Part shown: one piece after another, positions 1 through 11,260 of the stretch
Numbering within the stretch: position 1 is the first letter of the stretch
Layout of the letters: each line of letters starts with the position of its first letter
From: the human T2T-CHM13v2.0 reference genome, Homo sapiens
Strand: one strand, 5' to 3'
DNA length: 64,000 bases
Assembly: GCF_009914755.1 (NCBI RefSeq)
Contig: NC_060935.1
The notes under the pieces: model-generated
Seen by the model: only the letters and a program-made list of their open reading frames with translations
Told to the model about the DNA's origin: nothing
Databases searched by the model: none
Translations under genes and position numbers: made by a program

Positions 1-78
1 CATCTCTAGCCCAGGTTTACCTGGTAGCCTGGTTATGTTAACACCGGTGGCCCCAGTGAGAATTCTTGACTGGTTTTG
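1..78 (+). other. Candidate exon 3' part of an unidentified host gene (window starts inside it)
   Basis: More GC-rich than the flank; frame from nt 2 is open (ISSPGLPGSLVMLTPVAPVRILDWF); donor-like TTG|GTAAAG at 78/79. Confidence 0.3.
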
Positions 79-183
79 GTAAAGTGTGTAATTTCAGCAT
101 ACTTTCTAACTAAATTAGCATTTTTCTTCCTTTCTACTATACTTCCAAGCATTTTTTTTTTTTTTTTTTTTTGCCATTTGAAG

Positions 184-214
184 GCAGTCACAAAAGATGC
201 CTGATATTTCTCAG
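184..214 (+). other. Candidate 31-nt exon
   Basis: Pyrimidine tract and poly-T at 121-172, AG at 182-183, donor CAG|GTAAAT at 214/215; continues the open frame of 1-78 (WQSQKMPDISQ). Confidence 0.3.
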
Positions 215-2084
215 GTAAATGTTTATTTCTCTTATTTTTTTCTTGCTGTTAGGTAAATGTGTTGCATAAAATGTAATCTTTGTATTTCTGTTTGATTGTG
301 AACATATCCAAATGCACTAAAATGCATTGGAATCAGTGAAGATGATCATTGCAGTTTTATCTTTTGTTCAAATTGATAAAGTTTTAATAGAGCCACCTTT
401 GGCCAACTTTAACAGTTTTTGTTGTCTTGGAAGAATCGTCTCATATGCAGCAGATTACTTCTAATGATCCTGATAAATCGGAAGTATTACTTTCAAAAGA
501 TTAATGTTATAAAGTCTAGCCTTGTTGAGCTATTTAGTTGTTGTACTTGTTCTAAATTTGGTGACCTTTGTAATGTGGAACAGTATTCTTCATTTTAAAT
601 AAAATTTAGAGTGATTAAAAAAATGATTATTTACCTGGGGCATTAAACCAAGTCTGATGAGGTTTTTAGCTTCATTTGTGATGTAAAACCCATAGTGAAG
701 ATTAGAAGTAGTTCCTGAAGTATGCATACCTTGTGAAATATATTTCTAGTTTCAATATCTTTCCTAGGGGAAATGCCCATGCTATGGAAATCACTATGAT
801 TAGCATTAATTGTTATGCTTCTTGGGTCTCCTTGCAAAGAAGCCAGACTTGTAAAAACGAACCTCTTTTTTTGCCCTGTAAAGGTCATAGCAACAGACAT
901 TGTCTTAAAATGGAATAGTATAATGGTCTCTTGACTGATTTAAATGGTAATATGTAATAATATACAATTATATTGTATGGGTGATATGGGTGGTATCTTT
1001 CATTAAGTTACATTTCTTTCATATTAAAATATATATAATTTTATGTGAGAAAAATTGAATATTTCATAAAATCCAATTTGTTCTTGTCCCTTAACCTTAC
1101 CTTTAATATATTACTTATTCTGTGTTTTAAACTGGTTGAAAATAATTTCTTCTCTCTCTGTTTTTATCATAATCTTGAAAATGAATCAGTTAAATCAATT
1201 AATTAATTTCAGCTGCTTTTAAGTTTGTCTTGCAGAGGGTTTCTTCCATGAGATTTTCATAAACTATAACTGAGTTTATATTTACCCTACAGTGAATTTT
1301 TAAATTATCCTTTGAAAATTCACATTGGGGTAGCTTATGGTATTACTACATTTCAGGAGAATTATTTCATCATCTTTGATATATGATACAGTTGCTTGTG
1401 TTTTGTTTTCATTACCACAGATTCCTGAAAAGTTTGTGAACACTGAATTTCAAAATCTTCTATTTTCCCCACTGCATTATATTATAATCTTAGTATGTTT
1501 TATTTGAACTTAGAGTACTGAATTAATACTTACTTACAAAATTGGTGTTTGTATTTTTAACAAGAAGATACATTTTTTTGAGTTTTAATTTTTATCTCCT
1601 TAGAAGGCAGTCCAAAAACATATTAGAATTATGATGCATAAGGAATTTAATTACAGTTTCTAAGTCTTACAAAGTAAAAAGTATTAATTGGTGTTATTTG
1701 TTGAAATATGTCATAAAGAACAATATCCTAACTGGGGGTATGGCTTAAGAGCAATCTGATTTAAGAAAAAGACGAAAAGTAAGATCTTAGGGTATCGTAA
1801 TTTTGTAAATTTTTGTTTCTTGGAATATTTAGAAAAATTGATTTTAAAATGTCTCTTGGAATAGCTGGGCTAGAAATGGTGGTTCAAGGGTGCAAGGAGA
1901 TTGTAGAATCCTCTAAAGGGAGCGTTTTTTACTACAATGGCAGGGAATAGATGCCTTATAGATGGGAGCTATGACTCGTGTTAAAAACCTTCAAGACAAT
2001 TTCAGGCTTACTGTGGTCACTTTAGGTCTTGGCATTTGATCAATTGAGGAAGATTTTGAAAAAAATATATTTCTCTTAACACAC

Positions 2085-2579
2085 TATGGTAGCCAGTCTA
2101 CAAGATGGGTTCCATTGATTATCACTGCCTAATAATCATGCTCAAATGTAGTTCCCTGCTGCATTGAATTAGGTTGACCAGTGTAATCCATAAGATACTG
2201 CAAAAATGATAGTGTGCAACTTCAAAGGGGAAGTCATAAAATAAATTTTGGCTTCTTCCATGCTGTCTTTTGGATTGCTTGCTCAAGGTGGGACAGCTAC
2301 CATATCATTGTATGCTTAAGCAGCCCATGGAGAGGCCTATGTAGAGTGGAATTGAGGCTCCTACCAACAATCAGCACCCAGTGGTTGAGCAGTCTTGGGA
2401 ATATATCCTCTAGTCTTAACCAAGCCCGCAACCTTGTGAAAGAGACCCCAAGTTAGAATCACCTGGTTAAGCTGCTACTGAATTCCTGATCCATAGAAAC
2501 CATGAGATAATGAATATATATTTGGTTTAAGCCACTAAATTTTAGGGTAATTTTTTATGCAGGATACAGAAGTAATATA
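2085..2579 (+). mobile_element. MLT1F-like MaLR solo LTR
   Basis: Start tatggtagccagtctacaagatgg and end ttaagccactaaattttagggtaatttt...taatata resemble MLT1F/G; flanks CACAC/CACAG are a possible TSD. Confidence 0.75.
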
Positions 2580-2760
2580 CACAGAAATAAAGGCAAAGTT
2601 TCAACTATGTTGACTGCTCTAAAGGAAAGGTATGCATTACTATACGAGTGACCAACAGACTTCTTTTTTAATATGGAGGTTTGGGAAAAGCTTGTGAGCT
2701 CAGATTCAAAGAACAGGAAAGACATTCCTAACGGAACAACATGTGAACTGGCCCTGTTGT

Positions 2761-3181
2761 TGATTCAAGATTTTTTTGCTGCTTAGCTCAGCAAGGTCCA
2801 TGTTCTTGTCTCATGACCAGGAAGAAATAGCCACGTGGACATTGAAGAGCGAGTAGGTGTAGTGGATTTTGTTAGGTGAAAAGGAAAGCTCTCAGCAAAA
2901 AGAGGGGTCCTGAAAGCAGGTTGCCGGTTGCCCACTTCACAGTTGAATAAAAGGGCTTTTTACATATATACCAATGGTCTGGGTTCCCTATTTGTATAAA
3001 GCGCAAATTCCTGGTAGCTCCACCCCATTCCCCCGTGCGTATGTGGGCTCTTAGTTGGCGGTGGACATATTTAGGCAAGGCCCCTGTGCAAGTTCCCTTA
3101 TCTGCACAAAACATGGGTTGGAGGTTCTCCAGGGATCCTTCTGGTACTGTCTGTCAAAAGCAAGCTGGCTAACCCCTTTCA
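2761..3181 (-). repeat. 3' LTR of the MER83-type provirus
   Basis: Homologous to 9215-9628; on the minus strand it is preceded by the polypurine tract GAAGGAGGGAA (3182-3192). Confidence 0.9.
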
Positions 3182-4829
3182 TTCCCTCCTTCAGCAACTG
3201 CTGTTGCGAAAAAGTGGACGAAGACCTCTCTTAACTGCTTCCTGCTGACAGGAGGCGCTGTTTTGGAAACGCGGCAGTTAGGACTCCTCCTGAGGTCAGT
3301 TTAAGGGTCCTGGGAAGAATGGCATGTCCATGCATGGTTTCATTTGCATCACCATTTGAAGTTTAATGGCCTCCAAGCAAAAAGGAACAATTCGGGTTAT
3401 TAGAAGACATATATCAAAATGAAACAAGGGGTTAAGGACTGCTCAAAAATCCCAAGGCTGCCAATGTGCTCAGATAGCTGGTAGCTAGCTATAGTTACTA
3501 TACCTGCTAAGATTTGGGTGCATGGGGCTTGGCTTTGGTAGCTCTCTTGATTTTTCCAAACAAAGAAACCTTGAGTTATGGGCTCTGTGTTTACTCTTAT
3601 CATATGGTAGGATTTGCAGGATAATTTTCCAGGACTAGAATATTGATCCAGATTTTTATCACCCATCCCTTTTGTTTCTTCTGAGCTACAGCCAGTTATT
3701 GCTGGTTGGTTCACAGGAATAAGCAGGGTTAGTTTAAAATGTAGGCAAAAACTTAAAAACAACTGATGAGATTAGAATTTAATAACAGGTATATGATAAG
3801 TTTTGAAGCATAATTTTTCTTTCTTCAGTCCTCATTTTTGTGAAAAACAAATCATGATAGGACTGAGTTGTTGGCAAAATAAACTTTAGTCCTATACTTG
3901 ACCAGATTATTGGTGCAGCAAGAATAATTATTTTTCACATAGGCTTCTAAGTTGGCTTTAATGGAACTCTGTTCCACAAGGAATCTCAGATAAGACCTTT
4001 AAAAGCTGAGCCCAGTCATGGGTTTGTACCCTCAAATACCTATGAGTTGGGTAAATTCCTCCCTTTTTGAGGTCACAAGAACCTGGGGCTCCTGGGCCTG
4101 TGAGAAAGTGATATTCTTTACTCACCACAGGTTAGTAACCCTTTATGGGGACTGTGTAGACAAGGTATGAGGCCAGATTTCCCAAGGGGCTTTTATTGGC
4201 TCTGCAAGCCATGCTTGATTCCTTAAAGGGAAGCAAACCCTTCCAGTCAAAACCTTGGTGAAACAACCAGTTTCTCCAATTGTGTCCTGTTGCAAAGGAA
4301 AATGAATTATTATTGCATAGATGCAAATAACTATATTGCCGTAAGTTAAAGAATACTCACAAATAGTTTCCAAATTCTGGAGATGCCAGGCGGGGAGAAA
4401 TAAATATCCTCCAAATTTTGTTCACAGGAGTATACCTTACTCAATTATTAAAGGCTGTAATTAGCTCAAAATAAATTTCCTTGACTCTAAAAACAAAACA
4501 AGGATGAGCAACATTTTAAGCACAAAAGGTTAAAAAGATTACTTCAGTTTTCTGTTAGTTCAGTCCATTCTGTTAACTCTTGTTCTACTTGATATTCATG
4601 AACCTTTCAGCTCTTCATGAGTCCTGTATGTTTCTCTCTATTCCAGTGTCCCAATCTCCAAAGATATCAGAAACCTGCCTTTAAGAGCACCTGTCAAAGT
4701 ACTATATCTGATTATAAGCCATCTTTTGAAAAGGATCAAAGCTAGACAACAATTGTCTGTGAATAGCAAAATGTCCAGGGTAGTTACCTCAAAAACACTA
4801 TGGACAAAGAAATTTGTTTATTTCTGTAG

Positions 4830-5181
4830 CAATATGGTTTGGCTGTGTCCCCACCCAAATTTTACCTTGAATTGTAATAATCCCCCTTGTGTCGAGGGTG
4901 GGCCAGGTGGAGATAATTGAATCATGGGGGCAATTTTCCCTATACTGTTCTCATAGTAGTAAGTCTCACGAGATCTGATGGTTTTATAAATGGGAGTTCT
5001 GCTGCACAAGCTCTCTTGCTTGCTGCCATGTAAGATGTGCCTTTGCTTCTCCTTTGCCTTCTGCCATGATTGTGTGGGCTCCCCATCCGTGTGGAACTGT
5101 GAGTCCATTAAACCTCTTTCCTTTATAAATTACCCGGTCTTGGGTATATCTTTATTAGCAGAATGAGAACAGACTAATACA
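4830..5181 (+). mobile_element. THE1 (C/D-like) MaLR solo LTR inserted in the provirus interior
   Basis: atatggtttggctgtgtccccacccaaat...gagaacagactaataca; TSD TGTAG (4825-4829) / TGTGG (5182-5186); ATTAAA at 5107-5112. Confidence 0.93.
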
Positions 5182-8100
5182 TGTGGTTTACAATAACATA
5201 ATAACCTTAATTATGATTGATAGCATATACTCAGACATTAGAATGGTAGACATCCTATATGATTTTAAAACACATATTAATATTATTCATTAAAATATAA
5301 CCTATGGAAGATTAAACATCACTTTGGCAATCCTCTGTAACTAAACATGTCAAATAATCCTGTTTACCTCTCTCTTGGATGCTCTAGGGGTCCTCTAGCA
5401 TCCAAAAGCTAGGGGTCAGGAAAGACAATTTTTGAAGCTGAAGTTTGATTTTGGGAAATATGTTAAATATATATGTTAGAGGTTCAAAAGCATGTGATAT
5501 TATGGAATAGAATTCCAGATTACCGTAAGTTCTTTTGCCAAAATGATGACTTAAAAAAAAAAAAGGTAAAACCTTTCATTATCTTTTACTGTTACATGAA
5601 AATCCTGTTTAAGAGAGAAAAAGCCAGATTTCACCCTTACGTTAGTCTGCTATTAATGTCAACCCCAATTTTTTGTTTTAGTGGAACTTTATAGATAATT
5701 TTATCCAATCTTAGCCAGTTTGACCATGAGGTGAGATTTTGGTAAACCTTTTATCACACTTTACAAATTTCTGTTAAGTAGCAGATCAGTGTGTTAATAA
5801 AACCTTGTTGTACTTCTATTTCAATGCGCAATTTATGGAAAGACCGTATAATACCTTTTTGAAGTTAATCAATATGTTCTCATATAGAATTTCTTTTGGA
5901 AGATTAATTTTTATAAACCTTCCACTCTTTGTTTAAACCTTCAGCTTTATCTTATAAACAATCCTTTAACCCTAGTCTGAAATTTACACTCCCATGCCTT
6001 CTGATAATCTTTTACTAAAAACACATTTTACTTTCTTTATGCACCTTGCGGGTGAATCTGTTGTCAATAATCTCAATTATATGTTATAACAGTAACTGTT
6101 AGCAATTTTTAATTTTAGTGTAAAGGCTGGCAAGTTGTTTTAATTATGTGCTAGGTGCAGATAAAGTCTGACTCTTTCCAACATAGTTAAGGGCGTGGTT
6201 AATTCCATATGTCCTCAAGCCTTATCAAATTGTAAAGCAGGCAAGTCAAACAGTTCTCAAAAGCCAAAGAAGCAGTTTGTAACCTTCGAACATGTAGCAA
6301 ACCTAGTATCTGACCAGCATAATTCAGATCACATATTTACATTTTGAAGACATTTGTATTTTACCATTTGTCTTCAAAAATATTTCTATTTCTCAAAGAT
6401 TAAAGTCACTTGAACTAACAGGCATTACAGCTTTTATTTTTTTTTTTTCAAAAAATATTGGATCTAAGCACTTATTTTTCTTTAGGCCAATCAATTAGAG
6501 CTATTTTTTATAAAACCATCACACACATAACACATGTATGATTATACAGACACAGACAGAAGAAGATCCAGTAATTGTAAGATTCTTCATTTTCTAATCT
6601 CCTAGTCAGATCATTGGCCTCAGGGTGGTACCCTTCAAGAGCAGGGCTAGGAAAGCATGCAGTTTCTAGGGACCAGTAAACAGGTATAGCTGGAAGACAA
6701 AAACAGATTTTGAGAGGAATCTATCCAATTTTAATTGCTGGAGTTCCATGTGGAAAACAAGGGATTTTTTTTTTTTCCAAAATGGGGTTTGTGGCACCTT
6801 CTCTGTTTCTCGCCAGGTGTCCTAGGCTATCAGAAGTTATCTTAGGGCCTCTCATGTGTGCATTAAGAGTAGCAAAATGAAATGGAGAAAAATAATTCAT
6901 TTGACTGAGAGAAAGTCCTTTTTCCAGAAAAACAAGATCCATGAAGTGTAAAACATAAAGGCCTTTTAAATATACCTCTAGCTTGGATATCCACTTTAAA
7001 TTAAGCTGAGTGCTTTTTAAGAAAATCCTTTTAAATCCCTCATTACCCTACTTTAGCCATGCCAAGTGGCCAATATTTCTAACTTTTGAACATTACCAAA
7101 AGTAACCTCACAGGTGAAACCAACAAGCCTCAATCAAGGTTATGGCTTAACTGTGAGTGTACAAGGTATTTTCAAAGAAGTGGTAAGCACTTCCTACAAA
7201 ATCTAGAATCTTTAAAGGTGGCTCAGAGAAAGAAAGATTTAAGAAAGAAAGCTAGAATTTGTTCACAGACGGGAAGAGAATCAGCAAATTCTAAAAGTCA
7301 CACAGATACTAACCGGAAAGTACTCATTCCCTATGCCAAAATTGAACCCGGGCCACCATTTTAAAATGGCAGAGGCCAAAAGAAGGTACTGCCACGTGGT
7401 TACAAGGTCAAGCTCCCAAGGACGTAAAACAAAATGGAAACCTGCAGCAATGTTTGTTACTGCCCAGTTTGCTGGTTGGCTTGAACAACAGGCTTATGGG
7501 GTCCTAGGCTTGCATTCTATCCTAAGGTATTCCTCCTTATCATGGAACCATACAGGAAGACACAAAAAGCACACCAGATTGGCTACAGCCTAAGACTAGC
7601 CTCACAAATCCTTTTTTCCATTAATCCAGACTTCACAGAGGACACAAACAGTAATTTTATCATTTATTCAACCGGTCTGCACAGGGAGAGGGAGGCCCGA
7701 AGTCCAGCTGTTAAGAACTTTTACTCTTTTACCAGCATGTCAGACTTCTGGGTTTCCTTCCCCTGAGCTCACTTTTAAGCCAAGCAGTTTAAGGTTTGGG
7801 GAAACTAACTTTTCCTACTTTGGGGGATATATCTGAGGGGAGTGTCCTGTGGTATGGGGACACAATTACCCATCTGTGAAGAGAGGACAGAGTAAGGATT
7901 TTTTTTTCCCTCAAAGGAATCCCAGTGATTCAGGAGGCATTTGAGAGAAATACAGACTGAAGATGATTGGTTACTCAACTAGAAAGAGGGGAACAAGTCA
8001 TCCCTAGTTCCTTTTTTCTCCCAGGGAATAACCGGGTTATGTGAGGGAGAGAGAGAAGAGCTGTCCTCACATCCCTGAGTCCCTGTAACCTTGGGATGGT

Positions 8101-9193
8101 GCAGACCATGGGTGCCAATGTGGCTTTTCACCCTTGTTAACAGGGGGCCTAGGAGGTGGGAATTATCCGCATTTACCCACATGCTGCCTTTCCTCTGCTG
8201 TCAGTAACCTTTGAGTTCCCTAGACCTTGTCTGTGCCATGGATGCTAGCATGACCTCTATCCATGAAATGGGAGGGGTCCTAACTGGCAGGAATTAGTCA
8301 TGCTAAGGTAAATCTGTGGTGCTGAGTCCTCCTCAAACAAGGGAGAGTAAAGGGTGTCTTGTGAGTTGGGGTCCTGGCTTAATAAGATGTTTTCCAAAAG
8401 GAAAAAAAAAAAACAAAACTCTTGCATAGAAAAGCTCCCTGTTTTCACAGGGCCATGTTAGAAAAGAAAAGAAAAAAACAGCTTAAATGCAGGATGGAGA
8501 AAATGCCTGAGGGAAAATCCTCTAGCTCTATGCAAATGGGTTCCTCCAACAGGGAGAGAAACTCTTAATCATTGTTCCCTCCTTTTGCCTAGGCCAGGGG
8601 TGGAAAGACTCTGTGGACCCATGGCGGGAGTTGGTGGCTGCAGCTCATTCCTGCCCCATGTGGCTGTTGGATGGAGCATGTGCATGTGCAGACATGTCCA
8701 TACACCCTAGCTGGGAGGGAAGCAGGGAGGATGGGTGCCTCCGCTTGCCTTTCTGTTCCGAGCGTGTGCCTGTGGCCCTTGGGGTGGGGGTGTGAGATGT
8801 GCCTCTAAGAACAGATGGAAATCGCATTGTTCTGAATGGCATTTCTGATGGCTGGGCTAAATGCTCACTCTACCTAGTAGTATCTGCAGTTTGCAGCAAC
8901 ATCTTTAACATTATAAAAGAAGAGCTAAGTGCCAGGATAATCCTGGAACAAAAGAAGGAAAATACTGTAGAAAAGACTGGTTTGGAATAAGGCTGACATT
9001 CCCAACCCTTGAGAGTGATAGGGGTTTTTGGGGGTACTCTCCAGCATCCTGTCCTCTGTAGCTGTGCCATTCATTCTTATCTGGCTCACCAGAGGTTTGG
9101 TGCTGCATCTGCCTTCAGAAAAAGTCTGAGGAGGAGAAGACTCAGAAATGAAAGCAAAAGGTTTCAGATCTGCAGTTTACTCACCTGCCAGGT

Positions 9194-9211
9194 ATTCTGG
9201 ACAAGCCCCCA
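9194..9211 (-). other. tRNA-Pro primer-binding site of the provirus
   Basis: Minus strand TGGGGGCTTGTCCAGAAT against canonical tRNA-Pro PBS TGGGGGCTCGTCCGGGAT (3 mismatches), 3 nt after the 5' LTR. Confidence 0.85.
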
Positions 9212-9214
9212 AAA

Positions 9215-9628
9215 TGATGAAGGGTTTTTTGCTCCTTAGCTCAGCTAGGTCTAGGTTCTTGTCTCATGACCAGGAAGAAATAGCCATGTGGACATCAAAG
9301 AGTGAGTGGAGTAGAATTTATTAGGTGAAAAGGAAAGCTCTCAGCAAAAAGAGGGGTCCTGAAAGCAGGCTGCTGGTTGCCCCCTTCACAGTTGAATACA
9401 AGGGCATTTTACATACATGCTGATGGGGCTGTGTTCCCTACTTGTATAAGGTGTGAATTCCTTGTCGATTCACCCCATTTCCCCTGTGGGCGTGTGGGCA
9501 CTTAGTCCGCTGCGGGCATGTTTAGGCAAAGCTCCTGTTCAAGTTCCCTTATCTGGACCAAACAAAGGTGGGAGGTTCTCCAGGGATCCTTGCCTTACTG
9601 TATGCCTGAAGCTGGCTAACTCCTTTCA
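9215..9628 (-). repeat. 5' LTR of the MER83-type provirus
   Basis: Minus strand starts TGAAAGGAGTTAGCCAGC and ends GCTAAGGAGCAAAAAACCCTTCATCA; AATAAA retained; followed by the PBS. Confidence 0.9.
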
Positions 9629-9632
9629 TTAT

Positions 9633-10713
9633 TATAGCCAAATAGGTTCTTCTTGCCCGATGCCCAGAAAGTTAATATGCTGAGAACAGCAGTAGTTGCA
9701 GCAGAGATAGTGTTTAGTCATAGCACTTTAATTGGGAGGAGGATGGGAGATATTTCTCAAATCTGCCTCTCTAAGAGTTTGGAGGCTAGGGTTTTTAGCG
9801 GTAATTTGGTGGGCAGAGCACTAGGGAATAGGTATTGCTGATTGACTGGGCATGAAATCATGGTATTGTCCAAACTGTCTTCATGTGCTGAGTCAGTATC
9901 TGGGTGCAGGTGTTACAGGACTGGTTGAGTCAGTTCCTTGATATGAATCACGGTCCTGTTGGTATCAGGTGGTATGGCCGAATGCACGAGTCTGAAAAAT
10001 ATCTGAAAGATCAATCTTAGTTTTTGATAATAGTGCTGTTATCTAAAGGAGCAACTGGGGAAGACTTTGACTTTGGGAGACAGAGACAAAATCAGAGGCA
10101 GGAGGATTGCTTAAGCCCAGAAGTTGGAGACCAGCCTTGGCAACATAGTGAAACCCCATCTCTACAAAAAAATTAAAAAAAAAAATTATTCTGGCGTGGT
10201 GGCATACACCTGTAGTCTCAGCTACTTGGGAGGCTGAGTTGGGAGGATCGCTTGATCTGGGATGTCAAGGCTGCAGTGAACTGAGATCCCACCACTGCAC
10301 TCCAGCCTGGTTAACACACTGAAACCCTGTATCAAAACAAAGCAAAACAAAATAAAATAAGATAAAATAAAATAAAATCTTGTGACTCCTGAGTAGTAAG
10401 CAAGCTAGGGAACAATGGCTGGTTATTGCTTAATGATGCTTACAGCTTAACAGAATTTAGGTCCTTACCATAATTCTAACCTTGTGGCCTTTCATTATTT
10501 TCACAAAGGCAGTTTCCATCCTGAACAAAGAGGAGGTTAGTTTTAAGCAGGGACTATTATCATCCTTGCTTCAAACTGTAAACTAAATTCCTCCTATGGT
10601 TAGCTTGGCCTACACGGAGGAATGAACGTACAGACAACTTATGAGGTTAGAAGTGAGATGAAGTCAGCTATGTTAGATTTCTCTCAGTCGTATTATTTGC
10701 AAAGGCAGTTTTA
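9633..10713 (-). mobile_element. LTR8-like ERV1 solo LTR (terminal 3 nt displaced to 2758-2760; contains an Alu)
   Basis: (tgt)tatagccaaataggttcttcttgcccg...tttgcaaaggcagtttta; TSD CTGT at 2754-2757 and 10714-10717. Confidence 0.78.
10070..10376 (+). mobile_element. AluJ, 5'-truncated, inside the LTR8-like element
   Basis: AluJ-type ggaggattgctt, gtcaaggctgcagtga and dimer linker; AAAAC/AAAAT tail. Confidence 0.9.
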
Positions 10714-10752
10714 CTGTTATGGGAAAAAGCAGGACACTTTTGAGAAACCAAA

Positions 10753-11260
10753 TGTCAAAAAACAAAATGAAAACAAATTTAGTTTAAAGATGTTAATTGA
10801 CTTTGTTTATGATTCTAGAATTGTACAACACTTCATTCCATAAAATAGAATGAGTGTTACAGTGAGTGGACTAGAGGAGATTGGTTTTATAGATAGAAAA
10901 GGGCCAAAGAAAAGAGAAACAAAGAACAAGAAGTGGATTGGTCACTTCAAAGTTACTTTTCTAGTAAGGCAAGAACAGGGAAACAGCACAATAAAAAAAT
11001 AACTATTAATATCAGGTTACTTAAGTTTACTTATTTTTGGGTAAGTGTTAAAGGAAGAAGGAACTTGATTGTCTTGCTGCCTGGCCTATTTTGGAAATTT
11101 GGCTATTATTTTTCTCTCCTGATTTATTGGAAAGTCAGATAACTTTTTGATTTGGTGATAGGGAACTTTAATGCTTTGATTTTGATTTTTAGTCTAGTGT
11201 GTTGGGGCCTAGTGCAGGAGCTTAGCCCAAAACAGTAGATTTCTATAATTTTTATTTAAC
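10753..11260 (-). mobile_element. MER31-like ERV1 solo LTR
   Basis: tgtcaaaaaacaaaatg...ggggcctagtgcaggagcttagcccaaaac...atttttatttaac is the reverse of the MER31/MER67-type start. Confidence 0.75.

Larger units (their letters stand above)
2761..9628 (-). mobile_element. MER83-type (MER4-group ERV1) provirus with two LTRs and a non-coding internal region
   Basis: Direct-repeat LTRs at 2761-3181 and 9215-9628, each with TG...CA ends; PBS and PPT at the expected positions; TSD TTGT (2757-2760) / TTAT (9629-9632). Confidence 0.88.

Noticed and set aside
416-504. Possible terminal exon after TTTTAACAG (FVVLEESSHMQQITSNDPDKSEVLLSKD*)
   Set aside because: Short, unrecognised, weak pyrimidine tract and not in frame with the phase-0 donor at 214
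640-720. TGATGA...CTGA box C/D-like words
   Set aside because: No terminal stem or recognisable rRNA antisense guide; such words are frequent by chance
3182-9193. gag/pol/env ORFs in the MER83-type interior
   Set aside because: No long ORF or retroviral protein motif was visible, consistent with a non-autonomous MER4-group interior
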